Notes under the pieces: generated by a model
The model's database searches: none
Told to the model about the DNA's origin: nothing
The model's input: the letters and a program-made list of their open reading frames with translations, nothing else
Assembly (NCBI GenBank): GCA_024401025.1
Contig: JAKSLV010000004.1
Location: forward strand, 23 to 64,022
Source: Bacteroidales bacterium
GTDB lineage: Bacteria; Bacteroidota; Bacteroidia; Bacteroidales; UBA3824
Direction: 5' to 3'
DNA length: 64,000 bases
Shown here: one piece after another, positions 38,229-47,434 of the stretch
Layout of the letters: the number at the start of each line of letters is the position of its first letter
Position numbering within the stretch: the first letter of the stretch is position 1
Made by a program: the position numbers and the translations under genes

Positions 38229-40223
38229 ATGAAAAACAAATTCTTAATTTCAGCATTGGGTATGGCCATGTGGGCAGGCAGCTCCATGGCGCAGATAAAT
38301 ACCTATGATGCGTTTCCTGTTCCGGAGGGTTTCAAGGCAATATCCGCCAACATCTCTGGCAATGGCCAGCTTGCCATTGTGGGAGTTCAGGACAAGAGCG
38401 GTACTGTAAAATACCTCCAGTTTCAGAAAACCGGCAGCCAGTTTTCACCATCCACGGCGGCCAACCCTCTCAACGACCTTATCGGCCAGAGCATCGTGCC
38501 GATGAATCCATCGCAGAGCAACGACGGCAGCGTGATCTATTTTGCTGCCGACAATGGCGGCAACACCGACCTCTACATGATAGAGAAGGTAAACGGCAAG
38601 TGGGGCAAGCAGAAGTCGCTGGGCGACAGCATCAACACATCGGGCAACGAGCAGTATCCGGCCATATCGCCCGACGGCAACACAATATACTTCACCAGGA
38701 TAAACCAGGGTGCTGCCGACCCCAGATGCGGAACACTGTACATAAGCAACCACAAGGCCGACGGATCGTGGAGCACCGCCAAGGATGCTCCAGAGCCTGT
38801 TACCCTGGGCTGCGAGGCCGCTCCATACGTTTGCCCCGACGGCAAAACCATCTACTTCTCGTCGATAAGAGAGGGCGGCAAGGGCGGTTTCGATGTGTAT
38901 TACACCAAGCGTGCTGATGCCAAGTCGTGGGTAATTCCTATTCCGATAGACACACTAAACACCAAGGAGAACGAGATGTCGCCAACATACGACTACGCCT
39001 CCAAGCAGATGTATCTCGTAAGCCGCAATCAGAAGAAGAGCGACGCCGCCAACAAGGCCGACATCGCCAGCGGTTTCCAGCATGAGCCTGTAACCAGATT
39101 CTTCGGCAAAACCACCGACAAGGCCACCAAGAAGCCTCTGGGCACCAGCATAGAGGTAAAGGACGCCTTCAGCTCGATGGTGTTGGCCACCTACAAGAGC
39201 GACGACATCACTGGTCAGTACGATTTCTTCCACAATGGCAACACATCGATCTTCATCGACTACAGCCATCCCGGATACTCGCACGCCATAGTGGAGACCG
39301 TGCCCAACAAGCAGGAGAACAAGACCGACTATCAGCTGTTCGACAAGGTGGACCTCCAGCTTAATGTGTTTGACTCCGAGATGTTTGAGGCCCTGAGCTC
39401 CAACATCGACATCAAAGCCGACGGCAAGCCCGAGAACGTGAAGATGGACGAGTTTAGCAAGGGCCGCTACAAGATGACCCTCGCCATCGGCAAGAACTAC
39501 GATTTCAACGTAAGCAAGGACCTCTACAACGACTACAAGTTCAACCTGAACCTGTCGCAGGTGGTAATCTTCGATTCGTTTGAGCGCGACGCCGAGCTTG
39601 TTTCCAACAAGAGCAAGGTGGATTTCATTGTTGAGGGTCTCGAGTCAGGCATGACAGCCGACATCGACATCGTGGACCTCTCTACAGCCACCAAGTATTC
39701 CACCACCATCACCACCGACGGCGAGGGCAAGGCATCCATAAGCCTGCGCAAGAACGACAAGTATCAGTTCACCATCATAAAGAAGGGCTACTCGATGTTC
39801 CAGAAAACCGAGGTGGTAAACACTCCAGAGCACACCGTAAGGGCATCCATAACCAAGCTTCAGGAAAACGTGAAGATAGAGATTCCAAACGTGAACTTTG
39901 CCACAGCAAGCGCAGTATTGGATCCATCGTCTTACGAATCGCTCAACTCTGTGGTATCGCTCCTGAAGATGAACTCCGACATCAAGATAGAGCTGTCGGC
40001 CCACACCGACAACGTGGGACAGAAGGCCTACAACCTGAAGCTCTCCGACCAGAGAGCAGCATCAGTGGCCGCATACCTTATAAACAAGGGTATCGGCAAG
40101 AGCAGAATCGTATCCAAGGGATACGGCATGGACGTGCCTATTGCTGACAACAAGACCGAGGAGGGCCGCGCCAAAAACCGCCGCGTGGAGCTGAAAATTT
40201 TAGGAACTGTAACCAACCACTAA
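38229..40223 (+). CDS. PorE-like outer-membrane protein: TolB-type beta-propeller + carboxypeptidase-regulatory-like domain + OmpA_C peptidoglycan-binding domain
   Basis: PD40 repeats (YPAISPDGNTIYFT, APYVCPDGKTIYFSS). CRD-like FGKTTDKATKKPLGTSIEVKD. OmpA_C NVNFATASAVL...LSAHTDNVG...NLKLSDQRAASVAAYL...NRRVELKIL. Confidence 0.7.
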   Translation: MKNKFLISALGMAMWAGSSMAQINTYDAFPVPEGFKAISANISGNGQLAIVGVQDKSGTVKYLQFQKTGSQFSPSTAANPLNDLIGQSIVPMNPSQSNDGSVIYFAADNGGNTDLYMIEKVNGKWGKQKSLGDSINTSGNEQYPAISPDGNTIYFTRINQGAADPRCGTLYISNHKADGSWSTAKDAPEPVTLGCEAAPYVCPDGKTIYFSSIREGGKGGFDVYYTKRADAKSWVIPIPIDTLNTKENEMSPTYDYASKQMYLVSRNQKKSDAANKADIASGFQHEPVTRFFGKTTDKATKKPLGTSIEVKDAFSSMVLATYKSDDITGQYDFFHNGNTSIFIDYSHPGYSHAIVETVPNKQENKTDYQLFDKVDLQLNVFDSEMFEALSSNIDIKADGKPENVKMDEFSKGRYKMTLAIGKNYDFNVSKDLYNDYKFNLNLSQVVIFDSFERDAELVSNKSKVDFIVEGLESGMTADIDIVDLSTATKYSTTITTDGEGKASISLRKNDKYQFTIIKKGYSMFQKTEVVNTPEHTVRASITKLQENVKIEIPNVNFATASAVLDPSSYESLNSVVSLLKMNSDIKIELSAHTDNVGQKAYNLKLSDQRAASVAAYLINKGIGKSRIVSKGYGMDVPIADNKTEEGRAKNRRVELKILGTVTNH

Positions 40224-40236
40224 AATCAATACCGAC

Positions 40237-42429
40237 ATGAAGAAGATTTTATTACTTTTATTGGCCGGCGCAGTTTGCTCCAGCTCTCTTGCGCAGCGTC
40301 AGGTAAAATACAAAGACATATACGCCAAGATCGGCAAGGAGCCTGCCGAGCACTCGCTCCTGAAGCTGAACGAGTATCAGAAGATAGCTCCAGAGTTTGC
40401 CAACACATACGTGCAGACCGGCCTGATACAGTGGAGCTGGCTTCAGAACGAGGACCCATACCTCAACTACGAGTATGTGCAGACCCTGATATACAACGCC
40501 AAGCTGTATCTGGGCATGGCCATCAACAAGATCCAGAAGGACGACAAGGAGGTGAAGAAAAACAAGGCTTTCTACACCAACCTGGGCCTGGGCACCAATG
40601 CCGACGAGCTTAAGCAGGAGGAGGTTTTGGCCGAGCTCAACAGACTGCTGAGCGTGGTGAAGGAATACGAGGAGAATGTCACCAAGATAATCTCCAACTT
40701 CAACAAGACCATCGAGAAGTACAACGAGTGCATAAGCATCTACAACGGCATCGTGGGCCGTCAGAGCAACTACAAGCACCTGCTGCTTACAAGCAGCAAG
40801 GACCTCCGCGACGAGATGGAGATGCTCTCGCAGAAGTACGACAGCGCCAATGTTTACTTCAAGCAGTTTAAGAGCGCGCAAAACGCCTACAGGAAGTACA
40901 AGCTGGCCAACTACAACCAGCAGACCAAGACCACTCCCATCGTTACCTACCGTCTGGAGGGCCTTACTTCCAGCAACTTCATAAATCCCGAGATTCCTAT
41001 CTGGGACTATCAGAAATGGGTAAAGGAGGCTTTTGCCGAGATGGATGGCAACATCGCCATGCTTAAGAAGGGCACCGACAAGGAGATAAAGAACCTCCGC
41101 TACAGAATCGACAAGCTTCAGAAATCCAAGGCCGAGACCGACAGCATCCAGGAGATTGTGGCTCCCAACAAGCTGGTGAACCTGGTGGAGAAATACGACT
41201 ACGAGTCGCTCCTATCGGCCAGCCTTAAGTACGAGGCAGCCCTGGCCAACCTGAAGATAGCCTCCATGAGATCGGCCAACAATGTGGAGAATGCCGAATC
41301 GTTCAGCGAGGACTACTTCCAGAAGGCCAACTTCTACTACGACCTCTACCTCATGAGCCAGGAGGCCAAGAACACTCTGGCAGTGCAGGCTGCTCGCATC
41401 ACCGACAACAACCTGAACATGCATGAGGAAATCATCAACAGCCTCTACGGCGGCAAGAGCCAGATGCAGAACGGATACAAGGAGAAGCAGGCATCAGAGA
41501 TCGACAACATCATGGAGAAAAACCTGATGAACTTTAAGCTCTACACCATAAACGCCCTCTACCCCGACAATCTGGTGATAGAAAACGGCGGCGCCAGCAT
41601 CAACGCCCGCCCATACAGCGGATCGTTCGACCAGGCTTCCGACGGCTCGTACATCACCCTTAGCACCGTGAAGGACAATTCGGGCAACAGATACATCTGC
41701 GGCTACAAGAAAACCGGCGCCAACGCAGCCAACGGTTTCATAGCCAAGGTGGACACCGAGAACAATCTGATATGGCTGAAGGACATAAACGCAGCACAGG
41801 GCGGCATCAACAAGGTGGTTCAGATACTGCCATCCAACTCGTCTGACTTTGTGGCCGTGGCCGTAAACATAAACCAGGGCGCATGCAAGACCGTGGCCAT
41901 GAAGATGAACACCCAGGGCGCTCAGACCGCCAAGGCCGAGATGAAGTCGACCCTCCACCCAACCATGGGCTGCTACAACGAGATAGAGGACAAGGTGAGC
42001 ATAGCCTTCAAGGGCATGAGCGGCAACGAGAGCACATCCAGCAACGACGACGCCTCTGTGGAATCGGCCATTTTCGGTCAGGCTGATGCTTACACCAGCC
42101 CATCGTTCAAGCTTAAGGGCACCATCGCCGACATCGTGCCAGCCGGCAACGGCTACATGGTGATCTGCAACTACACCGACATCAACGCCGGCGGCAAGAG
42201 CCTGCAATCCGCATCCAACGTGGCCGCAGTACGTGTGGATGGCCAGAACATCAAGGCTGATGCTCTGGAGGCCGGCAAGGACGCCAAGGCATTCCGTGCA
42301 TTCCAGGTAAACGCCGAAACCATCAGCGTGATAGGTGCTTACGACAAGATAGACGCAGAGATATCGGCCAGTCAGAAGCCTGCCTTCATGACAATTTCGG
42401 CCGATGGCAAGTTTACTTACCACAACTAA
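40237..42429 (+). CDS. hypothetical secreted protein, 730 aa (helical N-terminal half, beta-rich C-terminal half)
   Basis: Signal peptide MKKILLLLLAGAVCSSSLAQ. Starts 13 nt after the PorE-like gene. I recognise no family. Confidence 0.6.
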   Translation: MKKILLLLLAGAVCSSSLAQRQVKYKDIYAKIGKEPAEHSLLKLNEYQKIAPEFANTYVQTGLIQWSWLQNEDPYLNYEYVQTLIYNAKLYLGMAINKIQKDDKEVKKNKAFYTNLGLGTNADELKQEEVLAELNRLLSVVKEYEENVTKIISNFNKTIEKYNECISIYNGIVGRQSNYKHLLLTSSKDLRDEMEMLSQKYDSANVYFKQFKSAQNAYRKYKLANYNQQTKTTPIVTYRLEGLTSSNFINPEIPIWDYQKWVKEAFAEMDGNIAMLKKGTDKEIKNLRYRIDKLQKSKAETDSIQEIVAPNKLVNLVEKYDYESLLSASLKYEAALANLKIASMRSANNVENAESFSEDYFQKANFYYDLYLMSQEAKNTLAVQAARITDNNLNMHEEIINSLYGGKSQMQNGYKEKQASEIDNIMEKNLMNFKLYTINALYPDNLVIENGGASINARPYSGSFDQASDGSYITLSTVKDNSGNRYICGYKKTGANAANGFIAKVDTENNLIWLKDINAAQGGINKVVQILPSNSSDFVAVAVNINQGACKTVAMKMNTQGAQTAKAEMKSTLHPTMGCYNEIEDKVSIAFKGMSGNESTSSNDDASVESAIFGQADAYTSPSFKLKGTIADIVPAGNGYMVICNYTDINAGGKSLQSASNVAAVRVDGQNIKADALEAGKDAKAFRAFQVNAETISVIGAYDKIDAEISASQKPAFMTISADGKFTYHN

Positions 42430-42476
42430 CATCACCCCTCCGCAATGGATGACTGATTGCGGACAAAAGTAGAAGA

Positions 42477-42519
42477 AAAACGCCATTCCAGCCAATTGCA
42501 GGCGGGGATGGCGTTTTTT
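42477..42519 (+). terminator. rho-independent terminator
   Basis: cgccattcc / gggatggcg stem (one G-U pair) followed by TTTTTT. A second 7-bp hairpin, ccgcaat/attgcgg, lies at 42440-42462. Confidence 0.65.
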
Positions 42520-42557
42520 GCGTGAAGCTTCATAAAAAAATAATGTAAAATATTATG

Positions 42558-42565
42558 TATTTTTG
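42558..42565 (+). promoter_or_regulatory. candidate -7 promoter box (TAnnTTTG)
   Basis: tatttttg, 69 nt upstream of the sensor-phosphatase ATG, in an AT-rich spacer. Confidence 0.35.
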
Positions 42566-42633
42566 GAATAAATGGTGTTTTTTTTGCAATAAAATTATTA
42601 ATTTTACCACTTGAAAGAAAACATCAGGATATT

Positions 42634-45600
42634 ATGAAACATATACGCATATTACTGATTATCATTATATTGGCATTAGGCTGCGACACATTTGCCCAGC
42701 TTAACAGGGCAGGTACGCCCTATATGAGACGGCTGAAAGTGACAGAGCAGGGCGGCAACAAGCAAACCATGGACGTGGCTGCCGACAAAAATGGAGTAAT
42801 GTATTTTGCCAACACCAGCGGCGGAGTACTGATATATGACGGCACAAACTGGAACTCGGTAAAGCACTCATGGTCGATACACTCGCTATGCATCGATGAT
42901 GAGACCAACAACGTATACGTGGGTGCCGACAATGATTTCGGCGTGCTGAAAACCAATGCCAACTACCAATACGAGGTGCTCTCATACAAGGACAAAATCG
43001 ACGAGCAGTATCAGAACATCGACAGAATATTCAACATACTATGCTCCAAGAAGGAGGGCACGGTGTTCCAGTGCACCAAGTACATCTTTGCAATAAAGAA
43101 CGACAGCATAAAAGTAATATCCGACCCCACCAGCATAAACGCCGGATTCAACAGCATATACAAGTGCGGCGAGAGGATTTTTGCCGTGCACGAAACCAAT
43201 GGAATAAAGGAGGTGGTGGATGGCGAGCTCAAAAACCTTCCAGAGCTGGCTGAAACTGGCAGCAAGATAAAATACATCGGACAAAACGACAACGGCGCAA
43301 TCATAATAATAAACCTAAACAAGGGCATCATGGAATTCGCCAACAACGAGCTGAGCTTTATCGACAGCCCGTTCAACGAGTATATCAGAAAATACTCCAG
43401 CAACATCGAGCGAATCCTGCGTACACACGACGGCAACTTTGTATTTGCCATACGCTCTGTGGGTCTGGTGATTACCGATTGCAACTTCAACATAATAAAA
43501 GAGATGCGCCTGCAGGGCATCAACTCCATCAATCGACTCTACGAGGACCACAACCACCTTCTGTGGATATGCTCCAACGAGGACGTGGTGCTGATAGACC
43601 TGTTCTCGCCATATTCCACCTATTACTACAACGAGACCGGAATACACGGCAGCCTAAAGTCGATACTCAGATACGGCAAAAACATCTATCTGGGTGCTGA
43701 TGCCGTATATCAGACCGACAGCATAGAGAATGCAACATTCAAGGAGCTAAAGAGCAACAAAGGCTACACCGCCATGTGGAGCCTCGACACCATAAACGGC
43801 AGAATATTCGGCGGATCCAACAAGGGACTCTTCACCATAGACTCGCTGAACAATTTCATCAACATAGACGCCGTAGACAAAGACAGGAACGTATTCAAGT
43901 TCAAGATTCCTAATGACAACCCCAACGTGCTGATAGGCATCGGATTGTATGGAATCTCAACATATCAGAAAACCGGCGACAAATGGAATTATAAAGTGGG
44001 CGCCGATGTAGGCCCCGACAATTTCCAGAAAAAATCGCGCTACATAGAGGCCGATGACGACGGATACTACTGGGTATCGCACAAGGACTACGGATTGTAC
44101 CGCCTGAAACTGAACGCCACTTACGACACCGTACTGAGCGCCGAGTTTTTCGACCAAAGCAAGGGCCTGCCTTCTGATGCCGACAACTACGTGTTCAGGG
44201 CCGACAAGGGCATAGTGTTTGCCACCACCGATGGCATATACAAATACGACCGAGAGTCGGGCATGATGGTGGAGGACATCAGGATGAACACCATCTTCGG
44301 CGGCAAGAAGAGATTCGACCTCATATACTACGACCAGAACGGAAGCATCTGGGTGAAACATGTAGTAAAAAAGGCCAAGAGCAACGACAACGAGTGGTAT
44401 CTTGAGCAATACATACTTACAAGCGACAGCACCGCCGAGTGCATTTCCAACCAGTACAATGTATTCAAGGACAACATATACGCATTTGGCTCGGTTGGCG
44501 ATGGCAAATACGTGATTGGAAGCGGCGACAGGTTCACACTCTACAACAGCAACATATCCAAGGATTTCTTTGCCCCATACAAGGCCATAATCCGCAAGAT
44601 GGAAAACATCGGAACCGACTCGCTAATATACGGCGGCAACTACACCGACTCGGAAAGCCTGAATATAGAGCTGCCGTTTGCAATGTCGTATTCGTCGCGA
44701 AGCATAAGAATAACATTCGCATCAGCCTTCTACGAATACCCTGAGGCTTGCAAGTTCAACACATATCTGGAGAATGCCGACGAGGACTGGACCGGATACC
44801 GCGGCGAGAACTTCAAGGAATACGTAAACCTGTGGCCGGGCACCTACACCATGCACGTGAAGGCCCGCAACATATACGGCGTGGAGAGCGAGGAGGCCAC
44901 CCTCACATTCAAGATACTGCCACCGTGGTATCTCACCAAGCTGGCCATAGTGATATACGTAATCCTGTTTGGATTGCTGATATGGCTTATAATAGTAATG
45001 TACACACAGAAGCTTATCCGCGACAAGCAGAATCTTGAGAAGATAGTGGAGGAGCGCACAGCCGAGATACGCAAGCAGAGCCAGCTGATCATGGAGCAGA
45101 ACAAGTCGATAACCGACTCCATCAACTACGCCAAGCACATACAGAGGGCCATGCTGCCGCTCGACGAGAAGATAGCAGCCGTGTTGCCAAACCACTTTAT
45201 ACTGTTCCGACCCAAGGACATAGTATCAGGCGACTATTACTGGTTTGCCGAAACCGACAAGTACATACTGATAACCGCCGCCGACTGCACAGGCCACGGC
45301 GTTCCGGGCGCTTTCATGAGCATGATAGGTTCGCAGATACTCACCGAGATTGTGGGAGAGGGAATCACATCGCCCGACCTGATACTCACCAACCAGAACC
45401 GCCGCATCAGGAAAGCCCTGAAGCAGGACACCACCGAAAACCACGACGGCATGGACATGGCACTCTGCACCATCAACAAGGAGACTCACGTGGTGGAGTT
45501 TGCCGGTGCCAAAAACCAGCTGGTGGTGATAAAGAACGGCGAGCTTACCGAATACAAGGCCGACAAGCAGGGTATCGGAGGCACACAGCTCTACGGCGAC

Positions 45601-45861
45601 GACTTCCAGTACAAGAAGACCTCCATAGAACCCGACGGCAACACTTGGTTCTACATGTTCTCCGACGGATACAAGGACCAGTTTGGAGGCCCCGACAACA
45701 GCAAGTTCCTCATAAAGAGACTGCGACAGCTGCTGCTCGATATCCACGAGAAGAGCCCCGAGGAGCAGCGCAAGATCCTGGACGACACCATCCAAGACTG
45801 GATAGACAAAGGCAAGGGCGAACAAACCGACGACATAATACTGATGGGATTTAAGCTGTAA
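42634..45861 (+). CDS. periplasmic beta-propeller/Y_Y_Y sensor fused to a cytoplasmic PP2C (SpoIIE-type) phosphatase
   Basis: Signal/TM, two-component-regulator propeller-like repeats, Y_Y_Y LENADEDWTGYRGENFKEYVNLWPGTYTMHVKARN, TM LAIVIYVILFGLLIWLIIVMY, coiled coil. PP2C motifs INYAKHIQRAMLP, SGDYYWF, ADCTGHGVPGAFMS, FSDGYKDQFGG, DDIILMGFKL. Confidence 0.8.
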   Translation: MKHIRILLIIIILALGCDTFAQLNRAGTPYMRRLKVTEQGGNKQTMDVAADKNGVMYFANTSGGVLIYDGTNWNSVKHSWSIHSLCIDDETNNVYVGADNDFGVLKTNANYQYEVLSYKDKIDEQYQNIDRIFNILCSKKEGTVFQCTKYIFAIKNDSIKVISDPTSINAGFNSIYKCGERIFAVHETNGIKEVVDGELKNLPELAETGSKIKYIGQNDNGAIIIINLNKGIMEFANNELSFIDSPFNEYIRKYSSNIERILRTHDGNFVFAIRSVGLVITDCNFNIIKEMRLQGINSINRLYEDHNHLLWICSNEDVVLIDLFSPYSTYYYNETGIHGSLKSILRYGKNIYLGADAVYQTDSIENATFKELKSNKGYTAMWSLDTINGRIFGGSNKGLFTIDSLNNFINIDAVDKDRNVFKFKIPNDNPNVLIGIGLYGISTYQKTGDKWNYKVGADVGPDNFQKKSRYIEADDDGYYWVSHKDYGLYRLKLNATYDTVLSAEFFDQSKGLPSDADNYVFRADKGIVFATTDGIYKYDRESGMMVEDIRMNTIFGGKKRFDLIYYDQNGSIWVKHVVKKAKSNDNEWYLEQYILTSDSTAECISNQYNVFKDNIYAFGSVGDGKYVIGSGDRFTLYNSNISKDFFAPYKAIIRKMENIGTDSLIYGGNYTDSESLNIELPFAMSYSSRSIRITFASAFYEYPEACKFNTYLENADEDWTGYRGENFKEYVNLWPGTYTMHVKARNIYGVESEEATLTFKILPPWYLTKLAIVIYVILFGLLIWLIIVMYTQKLIRDKQNLEKIVEERTAEIRKQSQLIMEQNKSITDSINYAKHIQRAMLPLDEKIAAVLPNHFILFRPKDIVSGDYYWFAETDKYILITAADCTGHGVPGAFMSMIGSQILTEIVGEGITSPDLILTNQNRRIRKALKQDTTENHDGMDMALCTINKETHVVEFAGAKNQLVVIKNGELTEYKADKQGIGGTQLYGDDFQYKKTSIEPDGNTWFYMFSDGYKDQFGGPDNSKFLIKRLRQLLLDIHEKSPEEQRKILDDTIQDWIDKGKGEQTDDIILMGFKL

Positions 45862-45865
45862 GAAA

Positions 45866-46026
45866 GTAGTTAGTAGATAGTAGTTAGTAGTTAGTAGAAA
45901 CTACATTGTAGATAGTACATTGTAGATTGACACTAACTACTAACAACCAACTACTAACTACTAACTACTAACTACTAACTACTAACTACTAACTACTAAA
46001 CACTAACCACTAACTACTAACTACAA
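45866..46026. repeat. heptanucleotide tandem repeat array in inverted blocks (TTAGTAG x ~4.5 / CTACTAA x ~13)
   Basis: TTAGTAG units lie at 45870-45897. The central direct repeat is ctacattgtagat / gtacattgtagat. CTACTAA-type units lie at 45931-46026, with 7 perfect contiguous copies at 45951-45999. The array abuts the ATG at 46027. Confidence 0.9.
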
Positions 46027-47340
46027 ATGAAAAAGAAACTAGACGAGGCACAGGAATTTGCCAACGACTTGATAGATTTTGTATCGTACAGTCCAAGCAC
46101 ATTCCACGTAGTAAGAAATATAAAGGCGGCCCTGCTTAGAAAGGGCTTCAGAGAACTGCTGCTTCAGGACAGCTGGCAGATAGAGAAGGAAGGCAAATAT
46201 TTTGTTTCCCAGAACGACACCACACTGGTGGCCTTCGTAGTGGGAATGGGTGCTCCCGAGAAAGACGGTTTCCGCGTGATAGCCGCCCACACCGACTCGC
46301 CCACCATCAAGATAAAACCCAATCCCGAGATTGTGGTTAACAACGGCTACATAAAGCTGAACACCGAGGTGTACGGCGGAGCCATACTAAACACATGGAT
46401 GGACCGTCCGCTCTCCATAGCCGGACGCGTGGTGCTAAAAACCAAGGACCCTTTCCACCCCGAGGTGCGACAGCTTAACATAAAGCGTCCCCTGATGCAG
46501 ATCCCGAATCTGGCCATCCACTTCAACCGCGCCGTAAACGACGGAGTAAAGATAAATCCTCAGAAAGAGCTTACCCCGCTGCTGGCATGCATAAAATCAC
46601 CGCTTGAAAACCAGAACTATCTGGCCGAGATAATAGCGCAGGAGCTCAACGTATCGCCCGACGCCATCCTGGATTTCGACCTATCGCTCTACGATACCGA
46701 GAAGGGATGCCTGATAGGCGCCAACAACGAGTTTATATCCAGCACCAAGCTCGACAACCTATCGATGATACACGCCGGAATGGAAGGCCTGTTCACCAGC
46801 CCAAACATCAACGCCACACAGGTGATGGTATGTTTCGACAACGAGGAGGTGGGCAGCCGCACACGTCAGGGAGCGGCATCGCCATTCCTGAAAAACGTGC
46901 TGGAGCGTATCATCATAAAGCTGAACGGCGACAAGGAGGAATACATGAGAGCCATATACAACTCGTTCATGATATCCGCCGACCCCGCCCACGGACTCCA
47001 TCCCAACTATGCCGAGATGAGCTGCCCCACCAACCACCCTATAATAAACAAGGGCCCGGTTTTGAAATACAACGCCGACCAGCGCTACTGCACCGACGCC
47101 GAGAGCGCCGCCATATTCGCACAGCTGGCAGCGGCCGCCAACTCGCCGCTTCAGAAATTCACCAACAGGAGCGACCTGGCGGGCGGATCCACTCTCGGAA
47201 GCATCAGCACCAGCCAGACCGACTTCAAATGCGTGGACGTGGGCACACCGATACTGGCCATGCACTCCATAAGGGAAATGTGCGGAGTATACGACCACTA
47301 CAACATGAAAAACATTTTCAGCACGTTTTTCAGCATCTAA
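46027..47340 (+). CDS. M18-family aminopeptidase
   Basis: AAHTDSPTIKIKP, FDNEEVGS, 437 aa. Confidence 0.85.
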   Translation: MKKKLDEAQEFANDLIDFVSYSPSTFHVVRNIKAALLRKGFRELLLQDSWQIEKEGKYFVSQNDTTLVAFVVGMGAPEKDGFRVIAAHTDSPTIKIKPNPEIVVNNGYIKLNTEVYGGAILNTWMDRPLSIAGRVVLKTKDPFHPEVRQLNIKRPLMQIPNLAIHFNRAVNDGVKINPQKELTPLLACIKSPLENQNYLAEIIAQELNVSPDAILDFDLSLYDTEKGCLIGANNEFISSTKLDNLSMIHAGMEGLFTSPNINATQVMVCFDNEEVGSRTRQGAASPFLKNVLERIIIKLNGDKEEYMRAIYNSFMISADPAHGLHPNYAEMSCPTNHPIINKGPVLKYNADQRYCTDAESAAIFAQLAAAANSPLQKFTNRSDLAGGSTLGSISTSQTDFKCVDVGTPILAMHSIREMCGVYDHYNMKNIFSTFFSI

Positions 47341-47434
47341 GACACAATTCCCAAAAAAAACGCATAAAAAATTTGCGCATATACAAAATTATGCATAAAT
47401 TGCGCTGTGTAAAAATACGAAACAGAAAATCATC

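Noticed and set aside
45866-46026. Whether the tandem repeat array is a CRISPR.
   Set aside because: The unit is only 7 nt, there are no spacers, and no cas genes are present. It is a microsatellite-like array.
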